A stretch of DNA of 64,000 nt, from positions 807,094-871,093 of the forward strand of contig JAHDYR010000067.1 of the NCBI GenBank assembly GCA_019828565.1. The letters are read 5' to 3'. Shown in pieces: positions 52,705 to 64,000 of the stretch. Numbering within the stretch: position 1 is the first letter of the stretch; every line of letters starts with the position of its first letter. The DNA is from Carpediemonas membranifera BICM (lineage: Eukaryota > Protista > Fornicata). A program made the position numbers and the translations under genes. Under the pieces are notes generated by a model. That model ran no database searches. It had not been told where the DNA came from and was given only the letters and a program-made list of their open reading frames with translations.

Positions 52705-55700
52705 TGTGGCGTAAACGACGGGTATTCGAGAATTCGTTTTAATCAGGTGATGCGTCACTGCCCTCCCTGAGCAACTCGGGGTGAGCGGCTAAGAACTTCT
52801 TGGCGGCGGGAGTGTGGCGGACGGCGTCGATGGGCTCCCAGGACAGCTCGGAGCTACCGAGCCACTTGACGCGCAGGAAGCCGGGCTTGGACTTGACGAT
52901 CCGTTCAACGTACCATTCCTCTTGGTCTGTAGCGGCGAAGTTGGCGAGCTCGCCCTCAGAGAGGTCGGACTTGAGCGGAATGAGGTGGGACAGGTGGACT
53001 GTGCGTCGCGGTTCGTTGGCGAGGAGCGGTACGACGACTGCCGTGAACGGGTTGACCTCAATGACCTTGAACGGTCCGGTGTGGCCGTGGAGCTTGCTTT
53101 CAGCGTGGTTCTTGCGCAAGACGTAATCACCGGGCTTGACTGGAACCGACTGCGTCTCTGCCCTCCCCTCACGAGTCTTGGACTGGCGTTTGTGAGCCTT
53201 GCGGCAGAGCTTGGCCAGGAGCGCGTCCATGACGGTGAGGTATTCGGCGACAGAGGTAAGCGGGGTCTCGTCCTCGGCGTTGTTGTCTGGCTGGGGTATC
53301 TGCCGGTCGGCAGCGTGTGTGCCGTAGAGTAGCTCGAACGGGGTGAACCCCGTCGCGCTGTGAACCGTGCTGTTGATTATCCACGCGACATATGGCAGTA
53401 GGGTCGTGGACCATGCGTCGAAGGAGTTAAATGCCAGCGCTAGGGTACGTAGGTGGCGCTTGATTTCGCGATTGACGCGTTCGACGTGACCGTTCGACTG
53501 CGGATGGAAAGGCGTGGTCCGGTGGTGTGTGACCGATAAGCGCTCGGTTAGAGCGGTGATGATACGGTTGGCGTATTCCGGGCCTCCGTCTGTGTGCAGG
53601 ATGGCCGGGATGCCGTGGCGGCAGATAGACGCCCAGATAGCGGCGGCAGCCGCGTCTGCATTGTTCGAGGGGGCTGGCACGAGCTCAGTAAAGTGCGTGA
53701 ATGTGTCAGTAATCACGACGACATACCGGTTGCCGGCCGAGTCCTCTGAGATGGGGCCGAGCGTATCGACGGCTACGCGTTCGAATGGTGTGCTGCTCGG
53801 GGTCGCGCCCATCTTCAGCTTGATGAAGTTCGCCAGACGGGTCTTCTGACAGATCAAACAGGCGTTGATCAGGTCGGATACGGTGTGTTCGAGCTGTGGC
53901 CAGTCGTAACCCAAGTCACGCACGGCCTGAGCGGTCTTCTTGACGCCCAAGTGCAGCCGGTGGGCCTCGGCTAGGACGTCGCGACGCGCGTCGGCGGGTA
54001 CGAATGTGCGACCGTGATACTTGACGACACAGTTGACGATGGTGTGCTTGGAGGGTCTCTCGTCAGCGTGCTCCTTCTGAGAGGCGAGCACTCTCGACTC
54101 TAGCGTGTTAGCCGTGACCTCGGCGATCTCAGCGGGGCGGGTCTGGAAAGGGAAACGGCTTAAGAAGTCGGCCGTGACGTTGGACTCGCCCGGGACGTGG
54201 TGGATCTTGAGTCTGAACTCCAAGAACGACAGTAGCCATCGGCGATGCTTCCGATTGTGAGCGGCCATGCGGTGGAGTGCCATCAGATTCTTATGGTCGG
54301 TGAACACGGTCAGATCGGGGTGGCCCAGGAAGAGAGAGTACATGTCAGGACGTGTCAGACAGTATATCAGAGCATACATCTCCTGGTCGTAGGTGCTCCA
54401 TCTTTGTTGAACGTCCGAGAACGCCTTGGAGAAGTAGGCGACGACTCTCCAGTCTGTGGGCGTTTGCTGTTGTAGCAGTATGCCGCCTAGGCCGAGGAGA
54501 CTAGCGTCCGTCTCGAGGCGCCAGGGTTTGGAGAGGTCTGGTATGGCGAGTGACTCCTCAGAGGCGAGCTGTGTCAGAACAGCCGCGATAGCCTCTTGGT
54601 GTGCTGAAGTCCACACGACCTTGGCGTCCTTGCGGAGGAGGCCATTGATGGGCGCTAGGATGCGCTGGCAGTCAGGGATAAAATCTGCCACGTAGTTGAT
54701 GTGGCCGAGGATCTGACGTACCTCGTGCGTGGTCGTCGGGCGTGGGAGGCTCTTGATCGTGTCAATGCGTGAGGGCTGAGGGCGACGACCGTGTTCGGAG
54801 ACGATCTCGCCGAGACAGTCGAGAGTCTGGTAGCCAAAATGACACTTCTCGGCGCGCAGCCTGATGTTCTTGTCACTGAGTAGAGCGAGCGTGCGCTGGG
54901 TGCGCATGACGAGTACCTCGGGCGATGGCGCGCCAGCAAAGATGTCGTCTATGTAGTTCCTGACGCCCTCTGAGTATACCGGGCGCAGGACGTTGGCGAT
55001 GGCCCGCTGGAATTGTGCGGGGAGGTTCTTTAGGCCAAACGGGGCGACCATATATTCGAAAAACTCGCCCGAAACCCGCACCGCGGACAGGTAACGGTGG
55101 GCATCCTTCAATGGCATCTGGTGAAACCCTTGGCGAAGGTCTAGACCGAAGAAGTACTTGCTGCCGACGAGGTCCTGGATGAGCGTGCGGGTATCTGTCA
55201 TGGGGAAAGCGTCAGTCACAGTTGCCTCGTTGAGGGCCCTGTAGTCTGCGCAAAGTCGTAGTGGGCGGCGTCCGTCCGCGTCGGGCTTCTTCTGGACAAT
55301 CACAGCCGGGCTAGAGACTGGGCCGTGTGCGTCGCGGATGAGCTGGGCTTCGTACATTTCATGGAGCTGTCGCTTGATCTCGGGAAGCCAGTCGGCGCGG
55401 ATGCCGCGTGGGTTGGCTTGTGGCAGAATGGCGTCCGGCTTCAGGTCAATGGTGGCTTCCGCGATGTCGGCGCCGCCGAGAGGCAGCTTGGGGTCGAAGA
55501 CGTCGGCGTTGGCCTGGAGCACAGCGAGTAGCTCGTCGTGTAGAGGGAACGAGGGGTCAATGTCGAAGGTTGGCGTGGCGAAGGACGAGACGTCGTCCGG
55601 CAGGTCGTCAGTCTCCGAGTCAACCTCGTCGATGTATTGATTCTGGGCCGGTGTGACATCGTCGGCGGGGTCCTCTGCTGACGGTGGTAGCTGAATGTTG

Positions 55701-57640
55701 ATGCCCGTGTCCGACATGAGGCCTAGGTGCCGGAGGAGGTCTGCCCCGAACAGGAACTTGTGGGCCTCCCCGGAGATGACTGGTACGGTCCACGTCAGCT
55801 CGACAGCGTTTGGTACGATGCCGTCGATAACGAGCTCGGCTATGACGGCGGTGGTGTCCTCGCAAGGTCGCTGGTCGGCCATCTTCAGCGTGTAAGCATG
55901 ATTTGTGATCATTACCGGGCCGGCCTCCTTCAGCGTGGCGAACGTGGCCTCCGAGATACAGGTCTTGGCGGCTGCCGGGTCGAGCTTCGCCCGCAGTCTC
56001 GTGCCGTTGACGAGGATGTCGTGGTAGATCGGCTTACCGATGTTTTCGCGCTGCGCTGACGTGTCGACTTCGTCGATTGACTCATCGGTGTCGGACTCGG
56101 CGTCTATGTCGACCTCGTTGATGGATTGACTGAGGCGCTCGAGCCGGTTCGTCTCCTTGTTTCGCGTCCAGCCTGCCGCTGGGTTAGGGGCTCTCGCGTT
56201 GCGTTTGGGCGCTTGGGTGGTCGTTGTTGCAGGTCGGTCAGGGTTGTTGTGGTGGCCAGGGGCCTTCTTGGGCTTGGCACCCACAACAGCTGGTTGAATA
56301 GGACGCGATGGTTGGGGGGCGGCACTGCGCTGTGTCTTCAGATGAGGGCACGCCTGAGTGACGTGGGACGAGTTGTATCCGTGGTAGTCGCAGAAGTGGC
56401 GGAAGGTGGGGTTGATGTAGTAGTTCGCCTTGTCTTTCAGCTGGACATACGGGTCTGGGCCGCTGATCTTGCGGGCTATGGGTTTGCGTGTGCGGGATCC
56501 GCCTGTCGCTTGCTCACCGTGGGGTTGCGGGGGCTGGCCGGTGCGGAATGCTCTCCACAGAACGACGATGTAACCGTCGTGGTCCTCTTTGAGGTCCCTA
56601 AGGTTATCAAGGACGTCATCGATGTCCTCTGCATCATCTATGATGTAGGAGTCGAAATAGTCCTTTGCTTCGGCGGAGAATCCCTTAAGTGCAAGCTCTC
56701 TGACTCTTGCGGCGAGAACCTTCCAAGGAATGGCTTGCAGTGCAGGAGCAGAAGCATCAGTGTTCACGAGATCGATGAACTCGCGCAAAGCGGCAATAGT
56801 TGAGCGATGTTTGGATGCTTTGCCATAGAGTGCACCGGGAAGGTTGATGGACTTGATGCGCGCGCCGACGTCCAGGGACGGCATGAGTGTGACGGAGCAG
56901 GCGGCTACGATGTCGTCGGCCTCGTCATGGAGGTAGGCGCGAATGTCGGTGACGTCGTCCCAGTCGGACTCGTCACTGGACGTGTCGGAGTTGTTGGTGG
57001 CGGCAGCCTCGTCATCGGCCGGCTTGGGTGGGGCCAGGGCTGCGTTGACCTCGGCGACGTACTCGTCGTCGCGGAGGGGGACATCTGGGTTGAACTTGTT
57101 GATGAGGGGCACATAAACCGGGGCTTTGTGGTCGATCTCGGCTACTGCAGCCGTGAATACGGCTTCTGCGCGGCGCTGTGCAGCCGCGGCCATCGGGCCT
57201 CTTCAGGAAAGGCCGCGGCCGCCGCTTCAGCGAGCATAAACAGGTCTTCTTCGAGAGCGGCGGTTAGACGGGCTACTGCCTGCTTGGGGGGTGGCGTGGA
57301 GGTGCTTGGGGGCGTGATGGGAAGTGAGAGCTTCATCTCGCGCCTAATGGCGCTGCGGATTACCGCATCGGGACATACATCGTCTTCTAGGTCCTCGAAG
57401 GTCTTATAATCAGAGGTGGGTCTCCAATTGGCCCGTAAGAACTCCTGCGAGCTGATGCTTAGGCATCTAAGGAACGATGTAGGAAATCTTGCATGAGGAA
57501 GTTCCCGCTTGTATTCCTTCGCGGCGGAGTTGAGCAGTGGAAGGGAACTTACGTCGAATTTCGTAGCCATAGGGAGTGATTAATCACTGTGGCGTAAACG
57601 ACGGGTATTCGAGAATTCGTTTTAATCAGGTGATGCGTCA
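52705..57640 (-). mobile_element. Full-length chromodomain Ty3/Gypsy element B with identical 53-bp LTRs and 4-bp TSD
   Basis: LTRs at 52705-52757 and 57588-57640 (TG..CA); TSD CTGC at 52701-52704 and 57641-57644; PPT AGGGAGGGCAG at 52758-52768. Confidence 0.93.
52739..57570 (-). CDS. Gag-Pol of element B (frameshift in gag near 57195)
   Basis: CHHC knuckle; protease KLDPAA; RT LDLRQGFHQ, PFGLKN, YIDD; RNase H TDAS; integrase HHCC/DDE; GPF; chromodomain WYVERI..VKWLG..SWEP. Confidence 0.92.
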
Positions 57641-58725
57641 CTGCCCCCCTAAGCTTCAGCTTATTCTTCTTGAGATAGTCGCGGGCAACGGCGACGTGGC
57701 GCAGGTTGGAGGCGGGCTCCCAGGTGTGTTCGTCGTAACCGACCCACTGAGTTAGCAACTCGAGCTGGCCGTTCTTGCGACGGTGCTTCTTGATGGCGGC
57801 GACCTCGTAGGAACGGTCGTCAGAGGCAGCCAGGGCCTTGAGGCGTTGCAGGCTGCTACGTGTCTTAAAGCGGATGAGTTGGTCGCGATGGGCTACGAAA
57901 GGGTCACCCTCAAAGAGGTCCACTAAGCGGACGGCGTGGTTGTCCAGGACTGCTAGGATCTTAAAGGGGCCCTTGAACCCGTGAAGCTTCGGTGTCTTGG
58001 TGCGGTTCAGCAGGGCAAGGTCGCCCTCGTGGAACGGTGTGTCTTCACGGTCGGCGTTGCGCTTATTAAGGCGCCTTTCGACGGTTGACTTCTGTCTCTC
58101 GGCCGCCCTAGAGGTAAGCTTATCAAGGTGGCCTCGAAGTTGTTTGATGTAGACGGCAGCCGTTGAAATGGGTGTGTCCGGTGAGGTGGCTGTGGCGTTG
58201 AGGATCTTCGCGACGGTGGAGCTTGGATCCATGTGGTCGCCGTACAGCATTGCATGCGGGGTGACCCCAGTCGCGGAACAGATGGTGGTGTTCAGAAAGA
58301 GCTGCACGACCGGCAGGAGATTGCTCCAGTTGTCAAACTTGTCAAACTGCAGCGCCAAGCATCGCACCAGCTTCATCACCTCCGCATTGCGGCACTCTAC
58401 TAGTCCGTTGGACTGTGGGTGATAGGGTAGTGTGTATTGTTGAGTAATCTCGGTGTTGTCCAGAAGTGCCTGAATGATTTTCCCTGTGAATTCTGGGCTA
58501 TTGTCAGATTTGATGAATAGTGGGGTGCCGTGGCGTGAGATCACTTGTGTCCAAATGGCGTCAGCGGCGGCATCGGCAGTGTTCTCCGGCGTGGCGGCGA
58601 GCTCAGTGTAACGTGAGAACATGTCTACCATGACGGTGATGTAGCGTGCACCGTGGGCGTCGGCCGGGATGGGGCCGATCGTGTCGACCGCAACTGTGTG
58701 GAAGGGCTTGTAGATAGACAGCGAC
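57641..58725 (-). mobile_element. Ty3/Gypsy element A, integrase core + chromodomain (5' truncated)
   Basis: PFHTVAVDTIGP, SDNSPEF, QSNGLVE, GPF, YEV..I..HR...W.GY...TWEP. Confidence 0.9.
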
Positions 58726-58731
58726 GTAGAA

Positions 58732-59877
58732 ATGACGAGGCCGGACAGTATCTGTGGTAGCCAAGCCCCGGCAACCCCAGCGTCTCAGAGGATGAACAGA
58801 GTCAGTGCCAACAAGAGAACCACAAGAACCCCCAAGCGGCAGGTGCTGGGGGGCGAGGCATCAGGCAAGCGCACTCAGCTTCCTATAGACAGTGTGAACA
58901 GAGACAAGGAGGTGCCGCCGAGGATTAGCCTGGAAGACATCGTCCAAGAGCATATCAGAGATCAGCAGGAGGCCAGAAGGATGGCAGGCGAAGGGAGAAG
59001 CCAGCACGAGACCAGCAGCCTGCCCTTATCAGAGACCCAGCCGAACCAGAGACTTGTCCTAGCAGCCATTGACTTTGAGTGCAGCTACACGGGCAGCTCA
59101 AGACAAGGCACATCAGCGATCCCGGTCGAAGGAGGCATTGTCATGATAGATGTGGATAGCAGTGAAGTGGTCGGCCACGGCCACGGTATGTTCTACCAGG
59201 ACATGCCGCTCAACAGAGTCGAGCAGTCAAGGCACACATCATGGGCTGTCACAGGCCTACCACCAGCGACCTTCGTGGACATAGCGACAGGAAGACCCCC
59301 CAGAGACCTAGAGCAGCACGTCCACACCTTCCAGGCGTGGGGCGACCGTCTAGCGACGGAGCTCAAAGCGTATGAGAGAAGAGAAGGCTGCAGAGTCCAC
59401 CTGTTCGCCAAGGGAAAGCACATGGAGATGTTCCTCCTCACAGACGCAGCGAACGGCTTAGCCGCAGAGAGCAGAGACTACTTCGCACAGAGACTAGTGG
59501 ACGAAAACGAGCTGCCAACGCTGCTGGTCAGGGCTAGACCCGACCTCGAACAGAGATTCAGAGTCAATTACAACAACGCGCAGAGCATGGAGTGGCTAGA
59601 CCTGTGGACCAGCCGGTGGCAGTCACGGGAAGCACCCAAGAGAGTATGCCCCTACCACAGCCACACGGCGGGGTGCTATCACTGCGCACTGGCGGACAGC
59701 ACACTGTTCGCAATCAGAGTTCTAGCACTATTCAGAGGCACCAACGGCATCGGTGAGTTAGAGGACGCCCTCAGACTGCTGCAGCCAGCCATTGAGGAAG
59801 AGGTCAGAGCAGCCAGAGAAAGCAGTGACATCAAGAAAGAAAGAAAGAAATTTAACGTATCCTGTACACCTGTGTAA
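58732..59877 (+). CDS. Maelstrom-like DEDD/DnaQ-fold nuclease
   Basis: AIDFE, IPVEGGIV, TGLPP, CPYH-x8-CALAD. Confidence 0.65.
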   Translation: MTRPDSICGSQAPATPASQRMNRVSANKRTTRTPKRQVLGGEASGKRTQLPIDSVNRDKEVPPRISLEDIVQEHIRDQQEARRMAGEGRSQHETSSLPLSETQPNQRLVLAAIDFECSYTGSSRQGTSAIPVEGGIVMIDVDSSEVVGHGHGMFYQDMPLNRVEQSRHTSWAVTGLPPATFVDIATGRPPRDLEQHVHTFQAWGDRLATELKAYERREGCRVHLFAKGKHMEMFLLTDAANGLAAESRDYFAQRLVDENELPTLLVRARPDLEQRFRVNYNNAQSMEWLDLWTSRWQSREAPKRVCPYHSHTAGCYHCALADSTLFAIRVLALFRGTNGIGELEDALRLLQPAIEEEVRAARESSDIKKERKKFNVSCTPV

Positions 59878-60854
59878 ATCAGGGAATTACCAGTTTGCAC
59901 CACCCCATGTCCCCGGGAACGCCTTAGCGTGTTGACTTCCCTTCGTGAGCGAGCCTGATACTACGTTGGGGGCGTTAGCACCATCACCGTCAGGGTCCAG
60001 CTGGTAAGGCTGGGTAGTCCCTTGCATGTTGACCTATCAACTGGCTGGCCCGATACCCCCAAAGTCGGGATAACCCAGGTCTTACTCTTGGGGGTCCTTC
60101 GGGCCCCCGTTCTGCCTGGCACCCGCAAGGCCTTGCCCTGCACACCCGCCACCGGGGCCTTCTGCTCGGTTTCCCCCTACAGGGCTCCTCTCAGGGATAT
60201 GTTCTCCATACCATTCGACCCAGTTTGCAATTTTTCAGGCACCCGCCGAAGCGGTTTCGGGCTTGGCGTTTGCCGTATCACGCAATTGGGCCAGTTATGA
60301 AACCCACCGATCATCGCTGGGTAGCTATATGATTCACGGCTGCGTTCGGGCTCTTCCACACTTTCCGTTCCGGCATGGATCCCCTCCTCAAGGATTTGTT
60401 CCCTATTGGGCTTCTTCCTAGCTTCCGGCTGGTTCCAAGTTTTGGGTGCCGGGCCGTTCGGCGCAGCTCTGATTTGGTCCAGGTGCCGCCCAGGTGGTAT
60501 TGTTGCCTTATGGTTACCCTCCTGTTTGGCTGCTGCGCCCCGATACCTCGCACGTACGTGTATACATGTGCATACGTGCCCCGCCCTATGGCTCTGGGTT
60601 ATTTCTTATACGTGTGAAGAGTGTGCCGGTTCTGCCGGCTGAATGTTGTCTACGTTCCCAGTATGGGTGAGCGTTTGTGTGTTAGCGAGATTAGTGTTCG
60701 GGGTTGAGTCCCCCTTCCGCGGCTGGGTGCTACCGGGATACGTGGGGCTTGCGTCCCCCGCTGATCCCAGGAGCGCTCCGCTTCGGTTGAGGCGGGGGGT
60801 TGGGTCCCAGTTTGACCCTGGTCCCAGAGGTCATAGGATTCTGGGATGGTGTAC

Positions 60855-63800
60855 TTACCCGTCTTTCCGGAGGTTCAGAAGGGCACGTCTGCCGTTCTGC
60901 AGTCCCTCTCTGACGGTATGGTCCTCGCTGCGGAGGAGCCAGAGCATTTCCAGGATTGCCCTTGAGTTGTACCACTCCGCCTCCTGCCCTTGCCTTAGGG
61001 CGTGGTACTGTGTGCGTAGATGCGCCTCCGCCAGGATGTCATTCCATCCTTCTGGGCGTTCTACCGCCTTGCATTGGCAGATGATGTGGCTTTGTGTTCC
61101 CAGGGGCTGGTTGTATGCCCATTCTGAGAGGATTTTGGTGGTTTCCGCCGCGGTTCTGGTGACAGTGTACAGGCGAGTAATGGTGTCACCTTCTGAGTCC
61201 AGGGTACATAGGGGGCAACACCGCTTGATCCTGCTCAGGAGGGCCTGGGGCTGGCCGATCGCGCTCCCAAGTATGGCTCTGCTTCTGCCACTGTTGCTGG
61301 GGGAGGGGAGTGTGTTGGATGCAGTCATGATTACTCTCTTGACTTCCCGTCTGGTTATCATCTCACCCTTGATCATTCCTGGTTTCTTGGGTCTCTTCCC
61401 TTGCTGCATGCTGAGGATGACTTCCGGGGCTAGTACTGTTGCCACCCCTTTGGCCGTTCGGCTCCCGGTGTGCAGTAGTTCTTCTGCTGTGAGGGTCCAG
61501 CCTCCCCTCTTTGCTCTTTCCCTGGCGGACATCTCCTCCTGTGTGCCCTGGAGGACGCTCCGTCGCCATTGGTAGAGGCGATGTAAGACCGATCCTCTCT
61601 CCGCTGTCGCCCAGTCCAGATTCCCTAGGGGGGTCGGACGGTCCGGGTCGTGCGCAGACTCATAGAGCCTCACCGCTCTCTGCCCCATATCTGCCTCCCA
61701 GCACATCCATCCCATTAGTACACGGGCGGCTCCTCCTCCCCCTGGTCCTGTGCCTGCCATTAGGCCGCGCCAGTTGTTCCAGATGGCTCTTCCCCTGGCG
61801 CTTGGCCCCAGATCTCGATCCCGAACTCGATCTTGGGCCAGAGGAAGGTTCTGAGGATGGATTCCGAGGTGGCGGCCGGGGTGGATCCTTTGGTCCACCC
61901 TGCTCTCCTGCCAGGGCTAGGTATTTCCGGGATTGTGACGTCTTCATTTTGATGCATGCTGCCAACGGATTCTTCCCGCTGGCTAGCCAGAGTCCCAGAT
62001 ACCTTGCTGAGTCTGACGCCAGTGTGGGAGTTCCTTGGATGCTGACCGCTGCAGTTACGTCGGTACTTATCACCACACTTTTGCCTGGGCTGGTCTGGAG
62101 TCCATGGGCTTCAATTACCCTGACCACTGCGTCTGTGCCTTCTTCGGCGAGCTGCGGGGTCTCGGCTGAGATGCTTGTATCATCTACAAACATTGCAATG
62201 AGGCAGTTTTTGGGCCTATCGTCCGTTGGAGGGAGGCAGGGGTCCGGGATCTCTCTATGCCGGAGGTACAGTGCCGCCTGGCTTAGCCAGTTAGCTGTGA
62301 AGAGGATGAACAGAGTGGGGGCCACCACACATCCTTGCTTGACCCCCCATGTTTGTTCTGGACCATGTGCTTGCCCCTCGTACCGAGATGTACGTTTCTG
62401 TAAGTGTATTTCGGATGGCCCTCGTCAGTCTTGGGTGTACCCCCCATGAGCGTCAACTTGTTCACCAGCAGGTCCCTTGGGACCGTATCATATGCTTTTG
62501 CTATGTCAAGTAGGACGCTGGTACGGTTTCCGGACTGGTGGAGTTGGGCTAGGAGGGCTATGTGATCCACTACAGTTTTCCCTTTCATGAACCCAACTTG
62601 CTCTCTGGGGATGAACTTCTCCACCGTCGGCCTGAGGCGCCATTTCAGTATCCTCCCGTAGGCTCTGTATAGGAGGGGGGGTGAGGGAGATCGGTCTGTA
62701 CGAGCTGGGCGTGAGCTTGTCCTTCCCAACCTTGTGGATAGGCGACACCGCTGCATACTTCCATGTGGTTGGCATGGTCCCGCTGTCGTATACTTTCGCG
62801 AGCAGGACTGTGATTGCCTCGTACGCTGACTCGGGGAGGTCCCTCAGACAATCTCCAATAATCCCGTCCAGGGCCTCCGGCCGAGGACTTCCTTATGGAC
62901 TTGACCGCCGCTGTCACTTCTTCAAGCGATGGCGGATGGTCCTCCATGTCCGTTTCCGGCTCGGTTTCCCAGGTGGGTTCCCAGGTGGGTTCCTTCCCGG
63001 AGCTTACCTTCGCGTACTGCTCCTGGAGGGAGTCTGCAATCTCCCTCTGCCTTGCTAGAATCTTGTTTCCAGCCTTCAGCATCACCGGGAGACCGGCGTG
63101 CTGCTTCTCGTTCCAGAAGCGGAACACTTGGTTTGCGAGGATCCTTTTTGTCGTTTTGTACCCATCACGGGATCCAACCTCAACCTGCTCATTCCAGTCA
63201 TGTTGGAAGGTCCTCCATGATCTGCTCAGTGCTCCGTTGAGGGACTTTTTGATATCTTTGGCGGCGGTTTTGCTCCAGGTGGAGGCTTTGGCCAGCCGTT
63301 CCCATACCTCACTCGGGATACGTTCCTGGTTTTCTACAGCGAATGGGTGCCTTCTGGAGGTAGCAAACCCGGTGGACAACCATTTCCTTATGAGAGTCTC
63401 CATCTCGTCCACTGGTATTTTGCTGTCTAGTGGTGGCCACTCTTCTAGCTTGGGCCCTGTTCTCCTGGGTTTGACCAGCCACGTATCGATCCGTGGGATT
63501 TCCAGTCTCTTTGATATCTCTGGTTTCCCTGTCGGGTTGCTATCCCAGGTGAGCTCTATGGCTTTGTGTGCCGACCCCCAGTGCCCGATTGTGGTCTTGT
63601 CTATTACCCTAACAACCGGGTTTTGGATACCCCCTGTTACCGCTGCATAGTCTATTGTGGACGTTCGGGAGTTAGTCCCGTACGTCGGTGCAGTTGGTGC
63701 TATTGGGGTGAGGTTCCATCGCTGGAGGGTCATCGCAGTTGCTTGCCTGAGTTTCCCTGGCCTCCTGTTCCAGTCCCCGATGATGATGATGTCACACCCC

Positions 63801-64000
63801 TCATAGTTCGCGACGGTTTGCTCTAGCATCCGGTCGAACTCCTCAATCTCGGGTCGTGCACATCCACTATCGGGAGCGTAGATATTGATGACTGCCGTGG
63901 CCCTCGATGCTTTGAGGATGCTTACTTGGATTCGTGGGTTCGTCCCGTCGGACACGCCTACGTCCCATTCCGCTTTGGAGTGCGGGCTAATCAGTGTGGC
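60855..64000 (-). mobile_element. Non-LTR retrotransposon (LINE) ORF2: APE-RT-Zn finger, multiply frameshifted; 5' part outside the window
   Basis: INIYAP, IIIGDWN, TIDY, SAH; YRPISL, QVGF, LDIAKAYDTV, FVDD, YLG; CPLC...HIICQC, spread over about 5 ORFs. Confidence 0.92.

Noticed and set aside
57587-57650. Elements A and B sharing one LTR as a tandem array
   Set aside because: The 4-bp TSD and the reconstitution of A's PPT, LTR and stop codon indicate that B inserted into A.

Overview
Compact, GC-rich eukaryotic genome with tiny (28-31 nt) introns, most likely a protist; a fornicate or other metamonad is plausible but only an inference. A gene-dense core (~9.5-50.8 kb) holds DUF3237, a SHIPPO/ODF3-like protein, two cyclic-nucleotide PDEs, VAMP7, OGT, PARG, a CH-domain protein, a RING-ARM protein, SLC12, p47/UBX, MBOAT, RCC1-like proteins, TmcB-like and TAF5. 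Transposon clusters flank it. Left: a Ty3/Gypsy element, tRNA-Arg(TCT) and a PAT/DIRS-type tyrosine-recombinase retroelement with split direct repeats. Right: three nested chromodomain Gypsy elements with 53-58 bp mini-LTRs, a Maelstrom-like DEDD nuclease ORF and a frameshifted LINE. The standout is 33682-35304: a Fanzor1 (TnpB-derived, RNA-guided RuvC nuclease) lying antisense inside a 1.6 kb element with LTR hallmarks (40/42 bp TG..CA direct repeats, a PPT ending GGGCAG like the local Gypsy PPTs, 5-bp TSD). Its predicted omegaRNA base-pairs with the terminal repeat. All calls are by manual motif reading; no database searches were run.
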